NCBI GenBank assembly: GCA_963840855.1
Contig: CAWJBB010000038.1
Span: forward strand, 1 to 21,602
Origin: an uncultured delta proteobacterium
GTDB taxonomy: Bacteria; Desulfobacterota; Binatia; UBA9968
Length of the DNA: 21,602 nucleotides
Direction: 5' to 3'
Shown: positions 9,974 through 18,888 of the stretch, piece by piece
Layout: every line of letters starts with the position of its first letter
Numbering within the stretch: the stretch's first letter is position 1
Made by a program: the position numbers and the translations under genes
Notes under the pieces: generated by a model
Database searches by the model: none
What the model saw: only the letters and a program-made list of their open reading frames with translations
What the model was told of the DNA's origin: nothing

Positions 9974-11179
9974 ATGAATTCAGAAATTTATTTCGATAAT
10001 AACGCGACGACGCTGGTTTTGCCGGAAGTGTTCGAAGCGATGCGACCGTTTCTCAGCGAGCGTTACGGCAATCCGTCGAGCATCCACCACTTCGGCAGCC
10101 AAGTGGGCCAGAACATCAGCGAGGCCCGCGCCCAGGTTGCGGCGCTTATCGGCGCGGCCGATCCGGTGGAAGTGATTTTTACCAGCTGCGGGACCGAAGG
10201 CGACAACGCCGCCATCCACGCCATGTTGGATGCGCGCCCGGACAAGCGCCACATCGTGACCACCAAGGTGGAACATCCGGCGGTGTACGGCCTGTGCCAG
10301 CACTTGGAGAAAAAAGGCTATCGCGTGACCTGGCTCGGTGTGAATGAAGAGGGCAGCCTGAATCTGGACGAACTGCGCGATTCATTGGGCGACGACACCG
10401 CGCTGGTTTCGGTGATGCACGCCAACAACGAGACCGGCGTGATCTTTCCCATCGAGGAGATCGGCGCGATCGTCAAGGCCAAGGGCATTCCCTTTCATGT
10501 CGATGCGGTGCAGACGGCGGGCAAACTTCCGCTCAAAGTAAAAGAGCTTCCCATTGACCTGTTGACGATCTCCGGCCACAAGTTTCATGGTCCCAAAGGC
10601 GTTGGCGCGCTCTACGCGCAGCGCAAGATCTCTTTTTCGCCTTTCTTGATCGGCGGCCACCAGGAACGAAACCGCCGTGGCGGGACGGAAAACGTCGCGG
10701 GTATCGTCGGCATGGGCAAAGCGGCGGAGCAGGCATTGGCGCACCTTGGCGGATATGACACACGAGTTCGGGCATTGCGGGACCAATTGGAAACGGCGCT
10801 CTCGGAGTTGTTTCCTGATTGCCGTATCAACGGCGGCGGCGCCAATCGCTTGCCGAACACTACCAACGTAAGCTTCCGGTATTTAGAAGGCGAAGCCGTT
10901 TTGGTTCTCCTGGATCAATTTGGCATCTGCGCGTCAACCGGTTCTGCTTGCACCGCGGGCTCATCAGAGCCGTCCCATGTGCTTCGGGCGATGGCCGTGC
11001 CGCCTGACTGGCTGCAAGGGGCCGTGCGCTTCAGCCTGAGCAGTTTCAACAGTGCCGATGAAGTGAGTTTCGTGTGCGCAAAGTTGCCTGCAATTGTCCA
11101 AAGATTGCAGGGGCTTTCTGCTTTAGGCAAGTTGGGCGGCCAGCAAATAACCGGCGCCGACGCCGGTTTGAGGGGGTGA
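9974..11179 (+). CDS. nifS: Second group-I cysteine desulfurase, NifS-like
   Basis: IYFDNNATT, YGNPSSIH, FTSCGTEGDN, MHANNETG, SGHKFHGPKG, RRGGTEN, STGSACTAGSSEPSHVLRAM. ATG at 9974 preferred over TTG at 9953. Confidence 0.88.
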   Translation: MNSEIYFDNNATTLVLPEVFEAMRPFLSERYGNPSSIHHFGSQVGQNISEARAQVAALIGAADPVEVIFTSCGTEGDNAAIHAMLDARPDKRHIVTTKVEHPAVYGLCQHLEKKGYRVTWLGVNEEGSLNLDELRDSLGDDTALVSVMHANNETGVIFPIEEIGAIVKAKGIPFHVDAVQTAGKLPLKVKELPIDLLTISGHKFHGPKGVGALYAQRKISFSPFLIGGHQERNRRGGTENVAGIVGMGKAAEQALAHLGGYDTRVRALRDQLETALSELFPDCRINGGGANRLPNTTNVSFRYLEGEAVLVLLDQFGICASTGSACTAGSSEPSHVLRAMAVPPDWLQGAVRFSLSSFNSADEVSFVCAKLPAIVQRLQGLSALGKLGGQQITGADAGLRG

Positions 11180-11192
11180 CGCGGTGGGGCTG

Positions 11193-11636
11193 ATGCAGAT
11201 ATCGCGCAGAGTTGACTACGGCCTGCGCGCGGTAATTTATCTTGCTGGCCGATATCCGGGCGAATGCTGCTCCAGCGCTGAAATAGCCAAGCGCCAGGGA
11301 GTCCCGCGAAAGTTTTTGGAAAAGATTTTTCAGGACCTCCTTCGCAAAGGGCTGATCAAGTCGAAGAGAGGTTCATGCGGCGGATACGCGCTGGCCCGCC
11401 CCCCCGAATCGATTACTTTTTATCAAGTCATCGAAGCGCTAGAGGGCCCGATTGCCGTAAATGCCTGCATGGACCAACACCCGAGCTGCGACCAATTGCC
11501 GCGCTGCACAATGATTGGAGTGTGGGCCGAGGTGCAACGCAAAGTCACCGATATATTTACGCAAACAACCATTGCCGACCTGCGGCCGGTGCCCCTCCGC
11601 CAAGTAATCGCCGCTTCTCTCACGAACGCCGCTTGA
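11193..11636 (+). CDS. Rrf2-family transcriptional regulator, probably Fe-S binding
   Basis: MQISRRVDYGLRA, wing SKRGSCGGYALARPPESIT, IEALEGP, three-Cys motif C-x6-C-x5-C (CMDQHPSCDQLPRC). Alternative GTG start at 11184. Confidence 0.92.
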   Translation: MQISRRVDYGLRAVIYLAGRYPGECCSSAEIAKRQGVPRKFLEKIFQDLLRKGLIKSKRGSCGGYALARPPESITFYQVIEALEGPIAVNACMDQHPSCDQLPRCTMIGVWAEVQRKVTDIFTQTTIADLRPVPLRQVIAASLTNAA

Positions 11637-11700
11637 TTCGGTTTGAAATTTGCTTTCTTAGGATGTGCATCTTGGTGATGCCAAACTGGAGGGTAATTTC

Positions 11701-12156
11701 ATGGCTGTCGAGACAGGTTTGACTACGGGTGAGCGGCATGCGTCGTTGTTCCAGCCGGACACCGTGATGCCGCACCAGTATCTGGAGACATTTCGGCGCC
11801 TGACCCAACTGCAACCGGAAAAGAGGCTGATGCTCGCCGTTCTGGAGGACGGCGTCGCCTGCTTCCAGAAGTATGCAACGGCGCGGGATGGCAGGGGCAA
11901 AAGAATCTTCCAGGAGACCGAAGAGTGGATTTTGGAAGAACCAAGCGAAAAGCTTTTCTGTTTCGCCAACGCCTGCGAGACTTTCGGCCTCGATACCGAC
12001 TGGTTTCGCCAAGGCCTGATGCGTTGGAAGGCTGCCCATTTGGAGAACTGCGCCCGGGCGCGGGCGTTTACACTCGTGCCTAGCTTAGAGGAAACAGGCG
12101 ACCGCTGCGCGGAAGCCGCAACAATAGCGCACGACCTACGCAAAGTAGCCAATTGA
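11701..12156 (+). CDS. Hypothetical protein with a PEKRLMLAVLED motif
   Basis: ATG at 11701 with GGAGGG SD at 11688-11693; protein-like helical composition; followed by a terminator. Confidence 0.8.
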   Translation: MAVETGLTTGERHASLFQPDTVMPHQYLETFRRLTQLQPEKRLMLAVLEDGVACFQKYATARDGRGKRIFQETEEWILEEPSEKLFCFANACETFGLDTDWFRQGLMRWKAAHLENCARARAFTLVPSLEETGDRCAEAATIAHDLRKVAN

Positions 12157-12182
12157 TAAGGCCACGGTCGATTATTCCCGCT

Positions 12183-12225
12183 AAAAAAAGGCGGCGGATG
12201 ACAACCATCATCCGCCGCCTTTTTT
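12183..12225. terminator. Bidirectional Rho-independent terminator
   Basis: A7-GGCGGCGGATGA-caacca-TCATCCGCCGCC-T6: a perfect 12-bp GC-rich stem flanked by A and T tracts. Confidence 0.92.
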
Positions 12226-12275
12226 CTTTGTCGTCCGCGCTTGCAAAGCGGGGCAAACGCTTTCATAACTTAAAA

Positions 12276-13302
12276 ATGGTTTCGCCGACCAAGCGCTCAC
12301 CTACCGGACGGTTTGTTTACAGCTTTAGATACCGAATCGGCGAATACGCGCTCAGGAGTTTCATGGTGCTGCTACCCCGGATACCGTACCGGTGCAGCGC
12401 GTTTATTACGTCGCTGATGGCGCGGTTCGCCTTCATGTTTTTATGGAAGTATCGAAAGCGCATGGAAGAAAACATCGAGAAAGCGCTGGGAGACCAGATA
12501 GCCGACCCGGCGGAACGCAAAGGCTATCCTTCGGCGCGCGTGGAATCAATTCGCTCTGGGCGTGCTCGACACGATGGCGGTCGTGCATTTGCCCAAGGAG
12601 CGGATCGCCGCGGCCATTGCGCTGGAAGGCGAAGAGCACCTGAAACGCGCCCTCGCCAAAGGTAAAGGCGTCATCGCGTTGAGCGCGCACCTGGGCGGTT
12701 TCACGATGATCGGTGCGCGGCTTGCCGCGGTGGGCTATCCCTTTAGTGCCGTCGTAAAACACCCACCTGACGAAAGGATGGCGCGCCTGATCACCGCCTA
12801 CCGGGCGCAAATCGGCATCGGCACGATTTCCGCCAAACCGCGCCAGGGAGCGGTGCGGGGAATTTTGCAAGCGCTGCGAAATAACGGCATTGTCCTGGTG
12901 ATCGCCGACGAGTTCAAGTCGGGCGGAGTGGAGGTGAGTTTCATGGGTCAAAAGGCCGCCGCGCCGCGCGGACCGGCATCGCTGGCGTTGCGCACGGGCG
13001 CCGTGACTTTGCCGATGTTCGCGCCCCGCGCGCCCGATGGGTCCGTGGTATTACAGATTGGGCCGGAGGTCGCACTGATTCGCCACGATGATATGGATGC
13101 GAGCATTGCAGAAACAACGAGGCTTTTCAGCCGTCACATCGAAGCGGCGATCCGGCGGTTTCCCGACCAGTGGAACTGGTTCGGCTTTCCGCGGCCTAAG
13201 AGAGTTTCCCGCGCCGGATATTTGCGCCGACACCGGAAGGCCACGACGACCGCGGCGAGAGCGGCGACCGATAGTGTTGAACCGAGAATTAGCCGCCGGT
13301 GA
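12276..13302 (+). pseudogene. LpxL/HtrB-family (lipid A / lysophospholipid) acyltransferase with a +1 frameshift near 12520 (real or sequencing error)
   Basis: The 5' part (N-terminal membrane anchor, MEENIEKALG) and 3' part (LEGEEHLKRALAKGKGVIALSAHLG, VSFMG, GPASLALRTGA, IRRFPDQWNW) are in different frames. Deleting one base in CGCAAAGGCT gives ERKAILRRAWNQFALGVLDTM. Start placed after the terminator. Confidence 0.8.
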
Positions 13303-13307
13303 CGCAC

Positions 13308-13562
13308 GTTGCAGCTGTTAAGAAAGCCCGCGTTCTGCATGATCAGCGCGGTGCGTTTGCCCGCGAGATAGGCGCCGGCGCAGATGCCTATGCCTTCTTC
13401 TTCACGGCACAGCGGCACGTGTTTGAAACCCGGGTCTTTTTCTACCGCCCGAATGAGCTCCACCATTTTTTCATCCGGCAGCGTCGCCACAAAGTCGATG
13501 CCCGCTTTTTTGAGGCCGGTGACGATGGCGGCGGCGGAAGCTTTGGCGGCATCGGTTTCCAT
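13308..13562 (-). pseudogene. 3'-truncated ComD-like (sulfopyruvate/phosphonopyruvate decarboxylase alpha, TPP PYR domain) fragment
   Basis: LKKAGIDFVATLPD, REEEGIGICAGAYLAGKRTALIMQNAGFLNSCN are typical of the family. Similarity stops after about 85 codons and the frame runs on antisense to the acyltransferase until 13134. Confidence 0.75.
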
Positions 13563-13671
13563 AGTATTTTGAATGGGCAAATAGCGTAGGTGCTACGGCG
13601 CGGCGGGAAAAGCGTAGAGGCGCCGCGACAGCCAAACTTCTGTGAACCGCATAGCGTGAATGAAGCGGCGC

Positions 13672-13723
13672 TGTCAAGCTCGTATTAAGGACAGCACGAA
13701 TCCGGTGATTCACCCCCTTGACA
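13672..13723. promoter_or_regulatory. Possible divergent promoter pair with a central palindrome
   Basis: Perfect TTGACA on the - strand (13672-13677) and on the + strand (13718-13723), with GAATC-cggt-GATTC (13698-13711) between them. The -10 boxes are weak. Confidence 0.35.
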
Positions 13724-13758
13724 CTGGGCGATGAGATTCTGTAGTGATCAAAATAGGC

Positions 13759-14142
13759 ATGGAAAAAGACGTCAAAGTCAGCAAACATCACATCTGGGCC
13801 AGCGTGGAAGACCGCCACGTTTACCTGGGCGTGACCAATTATCTCCAGAGGGAACTGGGTACGGTGATTTCGGTGGAGTTGCCCGACGTCGGCGACAAGA
13901 TCGAAGAGGGTGAGGCGTTCGCTGAAATTGAGTCGGTTTCCACCGTCCATGAACTCATCGCGCCGGTGTCCGGCACGGTGCTCGCCGTCAATCCGCACCT
14001 CGAAGAACATCCGGTCATCGTCAACGAGGATCCTCATGGTGACGGCTGGCTCATCGAGGTGCGTGTGGCGGACGAATCCGAACTCGACGCGCTGATGGAT
14101 ATGGATGAATACTATCATTTCGTCTTCAAGGACAAAGAGTAA
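13759..14142 (+). CDS. Glycine cleavage H-protein homologue lacking the lipoyl-lysine
   Basis: SKHHIWA, LGVTNYLQRELGTVISVELP, EIESVSTVHELIAPVSGTVLAVN, VNEDPHGDGWLIEV, LMDMDEY all match the GcvH fold, but ESVK reads ESVS. Confidence 0.88.
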   Translation: MEKDVKVSKHHIWASVEDRHVYLGVTNYLQRELGTVISVELPDVGDKIEEGEAFAEIESVSTVHELIAPVSGTVLAVNPHLEEHPVIVNEDPHGDGWLIEVRVADESELDALMDMDEYYHFVFKDKE

Positions 14143-14884
14143 TCCTGGCTTTCCAGGCGCGGCCCTAGCCGTTCTTCTGGCAAGCTTGTTGCTTGGTGTT
14201 CCACCGGCGGCGCCGACCGGGGCGGGGGATGACGCGGCGGTCTTCGCCCGCGCGCGCCGACAAATGGTCGAGCGCGATCTCAGCGCGCGCGGCATCAAAG
14301 ATGAGCGCGTGCTGGCGGCGATGAACGCTATTCCGCGCCATCTGTTTGTGCCGGAGCCTTCGCGCGCCTCTGCCTATGATGACCGGGCGCTGCCCATCGG
14401 TGACGGACAAACTATTTCCCAGCCCTACATCGTTGCATTCATGTCCGAGCTGTTGGAGGTGAAGGGCGGCGAGAGGGTGCTGGAGATTGGCACCGGCTCG
14501 GGTTATCAAACAGCGGTCCTGGCCCGACTGGCCGCTCACGTTTTTTCCATTGAAATTATTCCGGCGCTCGGCGCGCGCGCCAGGGAGCTGCTTGAACGGC
14601 TTGGTTTCGCCAATATCGAAATCAAGATCGGTGACGGCTTTTTCGGCTGGGAGGAGAAAGCGCCGTTCGACGCGATTTTATTAACCGCAGCGTCGCCGCG
14701 CATCCCGGAACCGCTCTGGCGCCAGCTGCGGGAAGGTGGGCGTCTCATCTTGCCGCAAGGTGAAGAAGGAAAGACCCAGAAGCTGATGCGCTACCGCAAG
14801 AGCGCTGGCAAACCGGCGGCGGAGGAGATTACCGGGGTGATTTTTGTGCCGTTGACGGGGGAGATTCGGAAGCGGGGACGCTAG
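14105..14884 (+). CDS. pcm: Protein-L-isoaspartate O-methyltransferase (start uncertain)
   Basis: IPRHLFVP, AYDDRALPIGDGQTISQPYIVA, SAM motif VLEIGTGSGYQTA, APFDAILLTAA, QLREGGRLILP, FVPL. Alternative TTG start at 14186. Confidence 0.93.
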   Translation: MNTIISSSRTKSNPGFPGAALAVLLASLLLGVPPAAPTGAGDDAAVFARARRQMVERDLSARGIKDERVLAAMNAIPRHLFVPEPSRASAYDDRALPIGDGQTISQPYIVAFMSELLEVKGGERVLEIGTGSGYQTAVLARLAAHVFSIEIIPALGARARELLERLGFANIEIKIGDGFFGWEEKAPFDAILLTAASPRIPEPLWRQLREGGRLILPQGEEGKTQKLMRYRKSAGKPAAEEITGVIFVPLTGEIRKRGR

Positions 14885-15206
14885 GAACGCGTGATTTGTT
14901 GCGCTCTGGCTGGGACGATCGAAAACGGTAAATAATCTCGCCGGGACGGGCCAGGTTCAATTCCTCTCGGGCAATTTTTTCCAGATAGAAATTATCGGTG
15001 CGCAAGCGGCTAATTTTTTCGCGGAGCGCTTCATTGTCCTTTTGCAGCCGATAGTTCTGCTCGTCTAGTTTGGCCTTTTCCCCCTGAAGCCTCCAGAGAT
15101 GGATGGCGCCGCGCTCACCCACCACGGCATGGAATAAGAGCAAAATAATCAACGACGCCCAACCGTAGAGCACCCATTTATGCGATAACCGCGGTCTAAA
15201 GTTCAT
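14829..15206 (-). CDS. ftsB: Septum formation initiator FtsB/DivIC
   Basis: Short N-tail, one TM helix, GERG, leucine-zipper coiled coil, LEKIAREELNLARPGEIIYRF. The likely start is ATG at 15206; the upstream part of the 275-aa ORF is antisense to eno. Confidence 0.9.
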   Translation of the reverse strand: MNFRPRLSHKWVLYGWASLIILLLFHAVVGERGAIHLWRLQGEKAKLDEQNYRLQKDNEALREKISRLRTDNFYLEKIAREELNLARPGEIIYRFRSSQPERNKSRVPSVPASESPPSTAQKSPR

Positions 15207-15227
15207 GAAATTCGGCTCGTCGAATAG

Positions 15228-17277
<2,050 letters not shown>

Positions 17278-17302
17278 CCGATGCTTTCAGCGTCGAAATC
17301 AT

Positions 17303-17333
17303 TTGACGGGTAGGTTCATCTTTTTGCTATTTT
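17303..17333 (+). promoter_or_regulatory. Putative promoter for the amidohydrolase gene
   Basis: TTGACG (17303-17308) and an extended -10 TGcTATTTT (17325-17333). The 19-bp spacer is non-ideal. Confidence 0.4.
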
Positions 17334-17378
17334 TTGCGACGGCGTGATATAGGCGTTTGTTAATTTCTAGGAGGTGCC

Positions 17379-18176
17379 ATGGAGATATTCGATATCCATC
17401 ATCATCTTGGTTCCCTGTCGGGAGGCAGTCTGCAGGAGGGAGCTGGCTGGCAGGACCGGGACTATGAGAACCGTATCCGGATCATGGAAGCGAATGGCGT
17501 GACGATGGCGGCCATTCTGGCGGCGACGGGGTATATTCAGGCCGATGGCATCCTGGACACGATGCGTTCCAACGATACGGTGGCCGCCTATCGGAAGCGC
17601 GACCCGCGGCGCTTCCCGGTGGCCTGTGGGACAGTGGAGCCGCTCCACGGTGCCCGCTCGTTGGGCGAGCTGGAGCGAATGAAACATGAGCTGGGTCTCG
17701 AGGGAGTGGTCTGGCATAATCGGTTCCAGGGCGTGGCGGTTGACCATCAGCTCATGCGGCCGCTGCTGAAAAAGGTGAGCCAATTGGGGCTGGTGCCGTT
17801 AATTCACACCAATGCGGAATCGAACATGGAAGCGGTTTGGCGATTGGAGCGGCTGGCCGGGGAATTTCCAGAGATCACCTTTCTGTCGATGGATGCCCTA
17901 ACGACGAATACCAATAGTCAACTCGCTCTGGACATCGCCAAGCGGACGCCGAATATCCTGTTCGACACCGCGCATGTGCGCGGCTCGGGCTACGTCAAGA
18001 ATTTCGTCGAGGCCGTAGGGTCCGACCGGTTGGTTTTCGGCAGCCTGTTTTACTCCCATCCGGCAAGCTATGAGCATTGCGCGACGCTGGATGAAGTGAA
18101 GGGGGCGAAGATAAGCGATCAGGACAAGGCAAACATTCTTTCGGGTAACGCCAAGAGACTCTTCAAATTGGCATAG
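17379..18176 (+). CDS. Amidohydrolase-superfamily TIM-barrel protein (Amidohydro_2-like)
   Basis: N-terminal DIHHH (HxH), PLIHT, FPEITF, NILFDTA, VGSDRLVFGS, ILSGNAKRLF; AGGAGG SD. Confidence 0.88.
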   Translation: MEIFDIHHHLGSLSGGSLQEGAGWQDRDYENRIRIMEANGVTMAAILAATGYIQADGILDTMRSNDTVAAYRKRDPRRFPVACGTVEPLHGARSLGELERMKHELGLEGVVWHNRFQGVAVDHQLMRPLLKKVSQLGLVPLIHTNAESNMEAVWRLERLAGEFPEITFLSMDALTTNTNSQLALDIAKRTPNILFDTAHVRGSGYVKNFVEAVGSDRLVFGSLFYSHPASYEHCATLDEVKGAKISDQDKANILSGNAKRLFKLA

Positions 18177-18245
18177 CAGCATTCTGGAAATGGTCGCGGG
18201 TAAATCGGTTGATTGCATGGGAATATTGAGACTGGCGCACGGCGA

Positions 18246-18854
18246 ATGAGGAAAACACCTCATTCTCGGATTCTACTTTTCGCCATACTGTGCATTTCAA
18301 GCAGCTTTGCGGTTGTGCGCGCCCAGCAGCCAACGAATGAAATTGTCTTACTAAAAATCAATAAAGAACACGACAAGAGGACCGTTATCAAACCGTCGGT
18401 GATTCCCAATGCCGGCAACGGCCTGTTCGCCCGGGTGAAAATCAAAGAAGGAGAAGTGATCGGTGAGTTGGGCGGCCAACTGGTTTCGGACGACAACTAT
18501 CCCGAAGACAGTTTTTTTATCGCGGCCATACCGGAGTGCGCGTGGGGAAAGATCCATCCCTACAAGTATATTGATAGTAAAGAGCATGGAGCCAACGTGA
18601 GCCGCATCAATTTTGCGCCGAGCGAAATCAACGGCGTTAAAACCGGCTTTCAGAACGCGGCCATCAGACAACTTTGCGAAGCGCCCTATTTCATTTTTGT
18701 CGCCGTAAAAGATATCGAAGCCGGGGCGGAGATCTGGTCCAGCTATGGGGACGATTATGAATACGACAGTTTCATGAAAGTGCCGGAGATTCGCGACTTT
18801 TTCTGCGGTCTGTTGAAAATAGATTGCCGTGAAGAGTTTACTTACGCAAACTGA
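18246..18854 (+). CDS. SET-domain protein with a predicted Sec signal peptide
   Basis: MRK plus hydrophobic core plus V-R-A cleavage site; SET motifs PSVIPNAGNGLFA, IKEGEVIG, NVSRINF, AVKDIEAGAEIWSSYGDDY. Confidence 0.8.
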   Translation: MRKTPHSRILLFAILCISSSFAVVRAQQPTNEIVLLKINKEHDKRTVIKPSVIPNAGNGLFARVKIKEGEVIGELGGQLVSDDNYPEDSFFIAAIPECAWGKIHPYKYIDSKEHGANVSRINFAPSEINGVKTGFQNAAIRQLCEAPYFIFVAVKDIEAGAEIWSSYGDDYEYDSFMKVPEIRDFFCGLLKIDCREEFTYAN

Positions 18855-18888
18855 GAACTCATTTTCCAAACCCATGAGCATCACCACG

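Noticed and set aside
9974-11179. nifS as evidence for nitrogen fixation
   Set aside because: NifS-like desulfurases are common in non-diazotrophs, and no nifU or nifHDK is in the window.
12153-12275. Longer N-terminus for the acyltransferase (ORF start 12153)
   Set aside because: It runs through a strong terminator hairpin; ATG at 12276 is more plausible.
13563-13758. Glycine or lysine riboswitch upstream of the gcvH-like gene (TAGAGGCGC seen near 13615)
   Set aside because: The other conserved elements (GGAGA/CCGAAG/CTCTCAGG for glycine; GAAAGG/GCCGAA for lysine) are not recognisable. An Rfam scan would settle it.
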